Of a stretch of DNA of 64,000 bases, positions 43,766 through 52,724 are shown piece after piece (position 1 is the stretch's first letter; every line of letters starts with the position of its first letter). Position numbers and translations under genes: made by a program. The DNA is from Victivallaceae bacterium (GTDB taxonomy: Bacteria; Verrucomicrobiota; Lentisphaeria; Victivallales; Victivallaceae). The notes beneath the pieces are model-generated. The model saw nothing but the letters and a program-made list of their open reading frames with translations. It had not been told where the DNA came from and ran no database searches. The stretch covers positions 7,604 through 71,603 of the forward strand of contig JAZRUY010000034.1 of NCBI GenBank assembly GCA_045598845.1, in the 5' to 3' direction.

Positions 43766-45046
43766 CTATCGGATTTGTCCTGCGCCGTACACCAGATATT
43801 TGTAACTGGTCAACTCGTCCGCTCCCATCGGCCCGCGGGCATGAAGTTTATCGGTGCTGATACCGATTTCAGCCCCCATGCCGAATTCTCCGCCATCGGT
43901 AAAACGGGTGGAGGCATTCCAATACAGCGTAGAGGAATCCACACCGGCGAAAAACCGGTCTCTTTCTTCTGTGTTTTCGGTGATTATTCCGTCACTGTGA
44001 CGGGAACCGTACCGGTTGATGTGCTCAACCGCTTCATCAATGCCGCTTACGATTTTTACTGCCAGTTTAAAATCCAGATACTCCCTGAACCAGTCGTCTT
44101 CCGCGGCCGGCAGCGCTTCCGGACAGTAACGCCGGAATTCTTCGTCCGCATGCAGTTCCACTTTCCGGTCGCGCATAACTTTGCAAAACGGCGGAATAAA
44201 TTTTTCCGCACAGCCGCGGTCGATAAGCAGAGTTTCCAGCGCATTGCACACTCCGGGCCGTGAACATTTGGCATTTTCAACGATTTTTACCGCCATGGCT
44301 ATATCGGCGGACGCGCCCGCATATAAGTGGCACACTCCTTTATAGTGTTTCAGCACCGGCATGGTGGCTTCCGCACAGACAAACCGGATAAGTCCTTCGC
44401 CGCCGCGCGGAATTATCACATCGATATAGCGGTCAAGTTTCAGCATGATTTTTACGGCGGAACGATCCGTCCACGGTACCAGTTGCACTGTTCCAGCCGG
44501 CATTCCGGTCGATTGCGCCGCCCGGTCGAGTATGTCCGCCAGTACGGAACAGGAACGGATGGCTTCACTGCCGCACCGCAGTATAACCGCGTTTCCGGCC
44601 TTAAGGCAGATCCCGGCGGCATCCGCGGTAACATTGGGGCGGGATTCGTATATAATCCCGATAACACCGAGCGGGACGGACTTTTTTATGATTTTCAATC
44701 CGTTCGGGCGGTCGTGCGAAGCAAGTATTCTGCCAACGGGATCAGATTGAGCCGCTACTGTTTTTAAACCGTTCGCCATAGCGGAAATTCTTGCTTCGGA
44801 AAGAGACAGACGATCCAGCATTGCCGCCGATAATCCTGCCTGCCTGCCTGCTTCCATATCCGCGGCGTTGGCATCTAAGATCCGGCCGGAATTTGCTTCC
44901 AGATCCTCCGCCATACGCAGCAGAATTTTATTTTTACATTCCGGAGCCAGTACCGCCAGAGCGCGCGATGCAGCGAGAGCCCGTTCTCCCATCCTGATCA
45001 AAATTCGCTCCATATCCTCAACGGCAACAGTATCGGTCATTTGCAT
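43766..45046 (-). CDS. proA: glutamate-5-semialdehyde dehydrogenase (gamma-glutamyl phosphate reductase)
   Basis: 426 aa. PLGVIGIIYESRPNVT, NAVILRCGSEA, CNALETLLI, HSDGIIT, ASTRFTDGGEFG motifs. Confidence 0.92.
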   Translation of the reverse strand: MQMTDTVAVEDMERILIRMGERALAASRALAVLAPECKNKILLRMAEDLEANSGRILDANAADMEAGRQAGLSAAMLDRLSLSEARISAMANGLKTVAAQSDPVGRILASHDRPNGLKIIKKSVPLGVIGIIYESRPNVTADAAGICLKAGNAVILRCGSEAIRSCSVLADILDRAAQSTGMPAGTVQLVPWTDRSAVKIMLKLDRYIDVIIPRGGEGLIRFVCAEATMPVLKHYKGVCHLYAGASADIAMAVKIVENAKCSRPGVCNALETLLIDRGCAEKFIPPFCKVMRDRKVELHADEEFRRYCPEALPAAEDDWFREYLDFKLAVKIVSGIDEAVEHINRYGSRHSDGIITENTEERDRFFAGVDSSTLYWNASTRFTDGGEFGMGAEIGISTDKLHARGPMGADELTSYKYLVYGAGQIR

Positions 45047-45109
45047 ATCCTCCGAACATGAAAATGTGACGCCGGCGGTTATATCCGAGTTCCCGGACGG
45101 TGTTGTGTA

Positions 45110-45138
45110 AATATAGGGGAAAGAACCGGAAAAATCAA
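45110..45138 (-). promoter_or_regulatory. sigma70-like promoter TTGATT-17-TATATT for proA-ntpI-ntpK
   Basis: The reverse complement of 45110-45138 reads TTGATT TTTCCGGTTCTTTCCCC TATATT. Confidence 0.45.
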
Positions 45139-45185
45139 ACCCGCTGTTATCGTGTTCCGGCTAATGTCTAGTATTTTTTCGAGGC

Positions 45186-45214
45186 TTGACGAATTTATGA
45201 CGGGATAGTATTTT
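45186..45214 (+). promoter_or_regulatory. sigma70-like promoter TTGACG-17-TATTTT for thiI
   Basis: TTGACG 45186-45191, 17-nt spacer, TATTTT 45209-45214. Back-to-back with the proA promoter. Confidence 0.45.
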
Positions 45215-45275
45215 ATCCGCGAATAAAACTCCCCGCATTTTTTGCTCAGATTTTAAAATTTTCCGGAGAAACGAG

Positions 45276-46478
45276 ATGTACAACGCGCTGGTATGCCGTT
45301 ACCACGAAATCGCCACCAAAGGCAATAACCGTAATATGTTTGAAATTTGCCTGGTGGAAAACCTGCGCCATATACTTCGTCCCCGAATCGACTGCGCGGT
45401 TCGCCGGGTGCGCGGCCGGGTTTGGGTGGAACCGTCCGGTAAAGAGTGGTTTTCGGATTCGGATATCGCGGCTGCCGGTAGTTTGATACCCCGGGTTTTC
45501 GGGCTGGAATCATTTTCTCCGGTGGTTAAATTGCCTACGGATTGGGAAATTATAAAAAAAACGGTGCTGGAATCGGCGGAACGGCGGTTGACTCCGGTTT
45601 TTGCCGTTACTGATAAAATCAGTTTCAGAATCCGCGCCCGGCGCAGTTTTAAACGTTTCCCTCTGTCGTCCAACCGGATTGAGATTGAATTGGTTACCCT
45701 GCTGGGCGATAAATTCGGAGACAACCGGTTTCAAATCGATTTGGACAATGCCGAATATACCCTTGGCGTTGAAGTACGGGATGAATTCTCCCTTTTATTC
45801 TGGGAAACATTCCGGGCTCCCGGAGGGTTGCCGGTCGGCAGCAATCCCAGGGTGCTTACTCTGCTCTCAGGCGGAATAGATTCTCCGGTAGCCGCCTGGC
45901 AGATAATGAAACGCGGCTGTCCTACTGATTTTATATCGTTCCACAGTGCGCCTTACACTCCGTCTGCGACTACTGAAAAAGTAACTGAAATCGCGGCGTT
46001 TCTCAATACTTTTCAGCGTAACGGCACTTTATATCTCTGCAATTTGGCGCCGTTTCAAAAGCTGGTGCGAGACTGTTGTACAGAACGCTTCCGCACGGTG
46101 CTGTACCGGCGCGCGATGCTGCGAATTGCTGAAAAAGTGGCGGTTCGTACCGGTTGCAAAGCGTTGGTGACCGGTGATTCCGTAGGTCAGGTCGCATCGC
46201 AGACTTTAGTTAATCTTGATACCGTCGGCAAGGCCGTCGATATGCTGATATTGCGTCCGCTTACCGGGGCGGATAAACTGGAAACCATCCGTATTGCCGA
46301 ACAGATCGGCAGTATGAAGTATTCCGCGGTTCAGGTTCCGGATTCCTGCACGGTTTTCGCACCTTCCAATCCGGCTACCGCCGCGCCTGTTCATATTATC
46401 GAAAACGAAGAGATGAAAATCCCTGATTATGCCGCTGTTTTAGAAAAAATAACGGCGGACACGCTTAACGGAATTTGA
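45276..46478 (+). CDS. thiI: tRNA 4-thiouridine(8) synthase ThiI
   Basis: 400 aa. YHEIATKGNNRNMFE (THUMP region) and PP-loop LLSGGIDSPVAAW. Confidence 0.88.
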   Translation: MYNALVCRYHEIATKGNNRNMFEICLVENLRHILRPRIDCAVRRVRGRVWVEPSGKEWFSDSDIAAAGSLIPRVFGLESFSPVVKLPTDWEIIKKTVLESAERRLTPVFAVTDKISFRIRARRSFKRFPLSSNRIEIELVTLLGDKFGDNRFQIDLDNAEYTLGVEVRDEFSLLFWETFRAPGGLPVGSNPRVLTLLSGGIDSPVAAWQIMKRGCPTDFISFHSAPYTPSATTEKVTEIAAFLNTFQRNGTLYLCNLAPFQKLVRDCCTERFRTVLYRRAMLRIAEKVAVRTGCKALVTGDSVGQVASQTLVNLDTVGKAVDMLILRPLTGADKLETIRIAEQIGSMKYSAVQVPDSCTVFAPSNPATAAPVHIIENEEMKIPDYAAVLEKITADTLNGI

Positions 46479-46557
46479 AAAAAACGCGCCGGAAGGATAA
46501 TTTCAATAGAGTATGTATATAATATAAGCGGAACACCGGCGAAACGGATCAGATGTT

Positions 46558-48321
46558 TTGCCTGACGAATGCAAAAATGGTGACAACGTGGCGAAAGATT
46601 CGGAATATACTCTTAAACTGCTGATAGAAAACGGATTACTTTCTGCGGAAGATGCGGAATCAGCCCGTCAGGCCGCTGATGCTGAAACCTCTGAATCCGG
46701 CATCCGTGTCGATCCGGTTGACTGGCTGATCAAAAATAAAAAAATCCGTGAGCGCGATATGCTGATGATGTTGTCTCAGCAGTACGGCATGGAATTGCTG
46801 GATTTGGACAGTTATGAAATTCCCGAGGAACTTATAGCAAACCTTACTCCGGAGATGGTGCAGCATTACCGGGTGGTTCCGGTGATGAAACATGATAATA
46901 TTCTCACCGTGGCAATGAGTGATCCAACCGATATCGATACGCTGGATACCCTGCGTTATCTGCTGGGGGGGGAAGTCAATGCGGTAATTGCCAGCAAAGA
47001 GCAGATAGAAAGGGTTATCAGCCGTTATTACAATATCGGCACAGACAGCGTTGAAGGTTTTCTCGGAGGACTGGATGAAGAGGATATTGCTGAAATAACC
47101 GGAGATACCGGCGGCGGCAATATCGGGGAAAAAGAAACGCTTGAAGACGATAACGCTCCGATTATCCGGCTGGTTACTATGCTGATAATCAACGCTTTTA
47201 AAATGAAAGCGTCCGATATTCATCTGGAGCCTATGGAAAAAACTTACCGTATCCGCTACCGCATTGACGGCGCATTGCGGGAAGTGGAAGGTCCCCCGAA
47301 GTATCTTCAGGCTAATTTCACCAGCCGCGTCAAAATCATGTCGCATATGGATATCACCGAAAAACGTATTCCGCTGGACGGCCGTATTCAATTGCAGGTT
47401 GATGACCGGGATATTGATTTGCGCGTGTCTTCCATTCCGACCGTGCACGGCGAGTCCATTGTAATGCGTATTCTGGATAAAGCCAGCATCCAGCTGGATA
47501 TTCCCAAACTCGGTTTTTATGCGGACGATCTTGAGTTAGTGAATCGTATTATTTCCCTGCCTGACGGTATATTTCTGGTTACCGGTCCTACCGGTTCGGG
47601 CAAGACCACTTCGCTTTATGCTTTCTTGAACACTATCAATACCACCAGCCGTAAAATAATCACGGTTGAGGACCCGGTGGAATATCAGCTCGCCGGCATC
47701 AATCAGGTGCAGGTGGACAGAGCCGCGGATATGACTTTTGCGGCGGCATTGCGCGCAATGCTGCGCCAGGCTCCGAATATCATCATGGTTGGTGAAATCC
47801 GAGATTTGGAAACTGCGGAAATCGCGATTAACGCCGCGCTTACAGGGCATTTGGTGTTCAGCACGCTGCATACAAACGATGCCCCCGGAGCCATCACCCG
47901 TCTGGTGGATATGGGAGTTAAGCCGTTTCTGGTGGCAACTGCGGTGCGGGCGGTGATGGCGCAGCGTTTATTGCGCCGTATTTGTTCTAACTGCAAGGTT
48001 CCCTACACTCCCAATGCCACGGAAATACGCATGCTGGATATGACCCCGGAATACCTTGCCAATCATCAGTTTTACAAGGGACGCGGCTGCGACCGGTGCG
48101 GTCACACCGGCTATAAGGGGCGTATCGGTATCTACGAAATTTTTCAAATTACAGAGGATATCGGTCGCTTGATTTTCGCGAACGAGCCGGCCGGAGTAAT
48201 CCGCGATGCCGCGCGCCGCAACGGAATGAGAAGTCTGCGGGATGACGCATTGCGCAAAGCCGAAGCCGGTATTTCCACTTTGGAAGAGGTCATTATGGTG
48301 ACCATTACCGATGAGAACTGA
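46558..48321 (+). CDS. GspE/PilB-type secretion/pilus assembly ATPase, paralog 1
   Basis: 587 aa. N-terminal T2SSE_N/MshEN-like domain, Walker A GPTGSGKTT, tetracysteine CSNC...CDRC, Asp and His boxes. Start uncertain (TTG 46558 or GTG 46588). Confidence 0.88.
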   Translation: MPDECKNGDNVAKDSEYTLKLLIENGLLSAEDAESARQAADAETSESGIRVDPVDWLIKNKKIRERDMLMMLSQQYGMELLDLDSYEIPEELIANLTPEMVQHYRVVPVMKHDNILTVAMSDPTDIDTLDTLRYLLGGEVNAVIASKEQIERVISRYYNIGTDSVEGFLGGLDEEDIAEITGDTGGGNIGEKETLEDDNAPIIRLVTMLIINAFKMKASDIHLEPMEKTYRIRYRIDGALREVEGPPKYLQANFTSRVKIMSHMDITEKRIPLDGRIQLQVDDRDIDLRVSSIPTVHGESIVMRILDKASIQLDIPKLGFYADDLELVNRIISLPDGIFLVTGPTGSGKTTSLYAFLNTINTTSRKIITVEDPVEYQLAGINQVQVDRAADMTFAAALRAMLRQAPNIIMVGEIRDLETAEIAINAALTGHLVFSTLHTNDAPGAITRLVDMGVKPFLVATAVRAVMAQRLLRRICSNCKVPYTPNATEIRMLDMTPEYLANHQFYKGRGCDRCGHTGYKGRIGIYEIFQITEDIGRLIFANEPAGVIRDAARRNGMRSLRDDALRKAEAGISTLEEVIMVTITDEN

Positions 48322-48338
48322 ACCGGGAGTTCCGTATT

Positions 48339-50027
48339 ATGCTTGATGTTCAAAATTCCGCACTGCTGGAACTGCTTAAAAGCGAAATATTGCCGGCGCA
48401 CCCTGAATATAAAGAGCAATTCGATGAAATTCTGGAAGAGCATGAACGCAGCAATAAAAGCATTTTTGAAATTGCCGTCAACATGGGTGTGGTTAAGCAG
48501 AACGAACTTCTGCAGATGATGGCTGACAGTCTTGGCACCTATGTATGGGATCCTCGTAAAACAGATTTGATATCCCAGGATATAATATCCGGTATCGACT
48601 CCACTACCGCGCGCGGTTACGGCGCTATTCCTATCGTTAAAGAAGAGGGGAGTATGCAGGTGGTGATGCGCAATCCGCTCGATTATCAGGAGCAGGAGGC
48701 ATTGCAGTTTATTCTGGGTGTCAATGTTCAGCCGGTGATTATTGATCCGGAATTGTTTGATTCGGAATTGGAACGTTACTATCCTGAATCTACGGATTCT
48801 GTATCGGATATTGTGGCGGATCTGAAACCGATTGCCGAAGATGATCACCGTACCGATGAGGAACGGGCCAATGACGCGCCGGTAGTAAAACTGGTGGATA
48901 TGGTTATCAAGCAGGCGGTTAAGGATAAAGCGTCTGATATCCATTTCGAACCGTTTGAGAAGAATTTCCGTATCCGTTACCGGGTGGACGGTGCATTGTA
49001 CGAAATGCCGGAACCGCCGAAGAGTTTTGCTGTGCCGGTTATCAGCCGGGTGAAAATTATTTCCGGACTTAATATTTCCGAACGGCGTAAGCCTCAGGAC
49101 GGGCGCATCCAGCTTAAGGTCAACGGTAAGCCGATCGATTTGCGGGTATCCTGTCTGCCGACCAGTTACGGAGAGTCAGTAGTGCTTCGCGTGCTTGACC
49201 GTTCCGTAGTCAATCTGGAATTGGATTCTCTCGGGATCAGTACCGATGTACTGGAAAAACTGCGTGAAATGATTCATCTTCCCAACGGCATCCTGCTGGT
49301 TACCGGTCCTACCGGTTCAGGCAAGACCACTACTTTGTATTCCGCATTGCGCGAAGTGAATAAAACAGAGGATAAACTGCTTACCGCGGAAGACCCTGTT
49401 GAATATGAAATAGAAGGTATTGTGCAAGTTCCGATCAACGAAGCGGTGGGTATGACTTTCGATAGAGCGTTGCGCGCCTTTTTGCGGCAGGACCCGGATC
49501 GGATTCTGGTTGGAGAAATCCGTGATTTCACAACTGCCCAGATCGCCATTGAGGCGTCTTTAACCGGACACTTTGTGTTCAGTACGTTGCATACCAACGA
49601 TGCCGCCAGTACGGTAACCCGTTTGGTGGATATGGGGGTGGAGCCGTTTCTGATCTGCTCGTCTTTGGCCGGTATTCTTGCCCAGCGGCTTATCCGGCGC
49701 GTCTGCAGGAATTGCAAAGCCCAGTATGTGCCTACCGATAAGGATTTGGAGCGGCTCGGCATTGACCGCAGTGTGATCGGAGATGCAAAATTCGTATACG
49801 GAAAAGGGTGCCCGAACTGCAATTTCACAGGTTATAAGGGGCGGAAAGCTCTCACCGAATTGCTGGTGGTGAATAATGAAATCCGGGAAATGATTGCAAA
49901 CGGAGCGCCGGCGAATCTTTTGCGCGAGAAGGCGCGGGAGCTGGGGATGCGTACTTTACGCGAAGACGGATTGAATGCTATCGTTAACGGTGAAACCTCT
50001 GTGGATGAAGTGGTAAGGTACACGTAA
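48339..50027 (+). CDS. GspE/PilB-type secretion/pilus assembly ATPase, paralog 2
   Basis: 562 aa. Its own divergent N-terminal T2SSE_N-like domain, Walker A GPTGSGKTT, tetracysteine CRNC...CPNC. Too long and N-domain-bearing to be PilT. Confidence 0.88.
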   Translation: MLDVQNSALLELLKSEILPAHPEYKEQFDEILEEHERSNKSIFEIAVNMGVVKQNELLQMMADSLGTYVWDPRKTDLISQDIISGIDSTTARGYGAIPIVKEEGSMQVVMRNPLDYQEQEALQFILGVNVQPVIIDPELFDSELERYYPESTDSVSDIVADLKPIAEDDHRTDEERANDAPVVKLVDMVIKQAVKDKASDIHFEPFEKNFRIRYRVDGALYEMPEPPKSFAVPVISRVKIISGLNISERRKPQDGRIQLKVNGKPIDLRVSCLPTSYGESVVLRVLDRSVVNLELDSLGISTDVLEKLREMIHLPNGILLVTGPTGSGKTTTLYSALREVNKTEDKLLTAEDPVEYEIEGIVQVPINEAVGMTFDRALRAFLRQDPDRILVGEIRDFTTAQIAIEASLTGHFVFSTLHTNDAASTVTRLVDMGVEPFLICSSLAGILAQRLIRRVCRNCKAQYVPTDKDLERLGIDRSVIGDAKFVYGKGCPNCNFTGYKGRKALTELLVVNNEIREMIANGAPANLLREKARELGMRTLREDGLNAIVNGETSVDEVVRYT

Positions 50028-50091
50028 ACAATTTATTGTAAATGTGTTTGATGCGGTTTAAAATGTTTAAATCAATTCCGGAGATTTAGGT

Positions 50092-51357
50092 ATGCCACAG
50101 TACAGTTATACGGCAATGGATGCCAACGGCAAGGAGCAGCGCGGAAAAATAAATGCCGCCAGCGAGGATGCAGTTGCTTCCGAACTTAAAAGCAAGGGTC
50201 TTTTCCCTACCGGTATAAAAGCAGTAGGATTCAATTTGAGCGGAGTTTCCGCTCCCGGTAAGAAGAAGAAAAAGGGCGGACTGATGAACATGTCCCTCGG
50301 TACCGCCAAAATCAACCGGAGAAATCTGACGATTGTCAGCCGGCAGATCGCTATTCTGCTTGGTGCTGGATTGCCGTTAATCCGTTCTTTGCGTACCGTG
50401 GAGCGACAAGCCAAGAACAGTGCGGTGCGGATAGTTATCGGCAATGTGGCCAATTCCATTGAAACCGGTGCGACCTTTGCCGAATCATTGACAAAGTATC
50501 CTTCTACTTTTGATAAATTGTACCTCAATATGGTGCGTGCCGGCGAAGCATCCGGCGCACTTGAGGTAGTATTGGATCGTTTGGCCGGATTCATGGAAAA
50601 ATCGGCCAAGATTGCAGGCAAAGTAAAATCGGCCATGGTTTATCCGTTGGTGGTGCTGACTATCGCCGGCGGTGTTGTCGGTTTGCTGATGGTGGTGATT
50701 GTGCCGAAATTTAAAGAAATATTTTCCGATATGCTGGGGCCGGATGTCCCGTTGCCGTGGCTGACTCAGTTGGTTGTGGATATGGGGCAATGGCTTGCTA
50801 CCCGCTGGTGGATGCTTCTGGTTTGTATAGCGTTGTTTGTAATTTTCATTAAACTGCTGAATAAAATTCCGCTTGGCCGCTGGTGCTTGGACTGGTTGAA
50901 ATTCCATGCGCCTATTTTCGGCCCTATTGTTGCCCACACCGCGATTGCCCGTTTCGCTCAGACTTTCGGCACGTTGATGGCTTCCGGCGTACCGGTGCTT
51001 TCCAGTTTGGCTATTGTGCGCGAAACTTCCGGGAATGATGTGGTTGCCACTGCGATTCAGCAGGTGCATGATGCGGTAAAAGAAGGCGAAGGAATATCTG
51101 CGCCGCTGGGGCGTTCCCATGTGTTTCCGCCGATGGTGGTAAGTATGGTGGAGGTGGGGGAGGAAACCGGCAAATTGCCGGAACTGCTGGAAAAAGTATC
51201 CGCTACTTATGAAGAAGAAGTGGATAATTCGGTTAAAGCGCTTACTTCCATGATGGAACCGATTATGATTTTGGGTTTGGGTATTATGGTCGGCGGTATT
51301 GTGGCGGCATTGTTTATGCCGATGGTCAGTATTATCGAAAGACTCGGCGCACAGTAA
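50092..51357 (+). CDS. GspF/PilC-type inner-membrane platform protein
   Basis: 421 aa. Duplicated T2SSF domains (LATLLGAGLPL-like ILLGAGLPLIRSL; second ASGVPVLSSL). GGAG SD before the ATG. Confidence 0.88.
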   Translation: MPQYSYTAMDANGKEQRGKINAASEDAVASELKSKGLFPTGIKAVGFNLSGVSAPGKKKKKGGLMNMSLGTAKINRRNLTIVSRQIAILLGAGLPLIRSLRTVERQAKNSAVRIVIGNVANSIETGATFAESLTKYPSTFDKLYLNMVRAGEASGALEVVLDRLAGFMEKSAKIAGKVKSAMVYPLVVLTIAGGVVGLLMVVIVPKFKEIFSDMLGPDVPLPWLTQLVVDMGQWLATRWWMLLVCIALFVIFIKLLNKIPLGRWCLDWLKFHAPIFGPIVAHTAIARFAQTFGTLMASGVPVLSSLAIVRETSGNDVVATAIQQVHDAVKEGEGISAPLGRSHVFPPMVVSMVEVGEETGKLPELLEKVSATYEEEVDNSVKALTSMMEPIMILGLGIMVGGIVAALFMPMVSIIERLGAQ

Positions 51358-51385
51358 TTCTTCCGCTCGGCGCTGAGTAACGGAT

Positions 51386-52114
51386 ATGAAGACGCTTTAT
51401 CTCAATATCGGTAATACACATATTCAAACTGTGCTGGTTGATTCCTCCGGTAGTTGCGTTCGCGGCATGTTGACAACTTCGCCGGCAGCGGTAAAGGCAT
51501 TTCCTTGCGCAGACGTCTGTTATGCCGTTTCAGTAGTGCCGGAAATGACTTCCGTTTTGCGGAATCAAGTGCATTTTTTAGCGGCCGATGATTTCGCCGG
51601 GTTAATTGATTTGAGTTTGATGGATTGTTCTACTCTGGGTGCTGATCGGGCCGCCAATGCCGCCGCTGCCGCGACAGGAAATCCGGGAATTCCGGTTCTT
51701 GTTGTGGATTGCGGTACCGCAATAACTTTTGAACTTGTTGATGAGTCGCGACGGATGCTTGGCGGTGCGATTTCGCCCGGACGTAAACTTATGCGCAGTG
51801 CGTTACATGGCGGTACCGCCACTTTGCCGGTTCTGGAATTGTACAACGCTCTGCCGCCAGCGGAACCGGCGCGCAATACCCTCTCGGCCTTGCGGATGGG
51901 GATTGATTACGGGGTGACTGGTATGGTTAAGGAATTGATATCCCGATTGACATATACATTCGCATCTGAATACAGGGTGATTTTCACCGGCGGCGACGGA
52001 GAATTCTTTTATTCCGCTCTAGGTAATAATGGTACGCTGATACCTGATTTGACTTTGCGGGGATTGATGTCGGCGGTGCGGAAAAAGTATTGTAATACCG
52101 TTGATATCAAATAA
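51386..52114 (+). CDS. coaX: type III pantothenate kinase
   Basis: 242 aa. LNIGNTH, GADRAANA, VVDCGTAITF and TGGDG motifs of CoaX/Baf. Confidence 0.85.
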   Translation: MKTLYLNIGNTHIQTVLVDSSGSCVRGMLTTSPAAVKAFPCADVCYAVSVVPEMTSVLRNQVHFLAADDFAGLIDLSLMDCSTLGADRAANAAAAATGNPGIPVLVVDCGTAITFELVDESRRMLGGAISPGRKLMRSALHGGTATLPVLELYNALPPAEPARNTLSALRMGIDYGVTGMVKELISRLTYTFASEYRVIFTGGDGEFFYSALGNNGTLIPDLTLRGLMSAVRKKYCNTVDIK

Positions 52115-52724
52115 ATAAAAAATAACCGAAATCATCGGGTGCGTGAAAATCAAGTTTTGATATCGCCGCCCAAGCCGCCCAATGCGGAAAATCAGTATTG
52201 TCACCGCATTTATAAAAATTGCCGCGCCATTGCTCTCCCGGTTCCGGAACTCTTTCCAGCACAGCAAACGGAATCGTAATATCCAGCCGGTAATCAACAG
52301 GTTTTTTAAATTCCAGCGGCGGCGGCGGCAGCGTAGTCCGTATTGTGATTTTTTTTATCTTGTCATCGGAAATAAATTTTTGTCCCGATACTCTGCCGTC
52401 AGGCGTACGATGCCAATCATCGACTATTCCGCATAAAGCTACACCGCATGCGCTGATTTCAAAATTGAAATAAAAATCACAGTCCGGCGGTTGCAGAAAA
52501 AATTCACAGCAACTGTCCTTGCAGACCATCTGCTGCCATTCGGTGCAACCGCAGCGTATTATTTCTCCGCATACGTGAAAGTTCAGCAAAAACGCATAAT
52601 CTGTTTTACCTAATACCGCAGTGCATTTCGGCCGGTTTTCCGCTGAACTCTCCGGTCTGAAAGCTGCCAGCGCCACCTGTTCTCCCATGCCGCACCGCGG
52701 TATTTGATAAATTTTATCTTTCAT
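52107..52724 (-). CDS. CBM9-like (carbohydrate-binding family 9-like) protein, Cys-rich, no signal peptide evident
   Basis: 205 aa. KDSCCEFFLQP....YFNFE and C-terminal FHAPDDFGYFLF resemble CBM9-like/DOMON-like proteins. About a dozen Cys. 11-nt overlap with the upstream gene. Confidence 0.55.
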   Translation of the reverse strand: MKDKIYQIPRCGMGEQVALAAFRPESSAENRPKCTAVLGKTDYAFLLNFHVCGEIIRCGCTEWQQMVCKDSCCEFFLQPPDCDFYFNFEISACGVALCGIVDDWHRTPDGRVSGQKFISDDKIKKITIRTTLPPPPLEFKKPVDYRLDITIPFAVLERVPEPGEQWRGNFYKCGDNTDFPHWAAWAAISKLDFHAPDDFGYFLFI

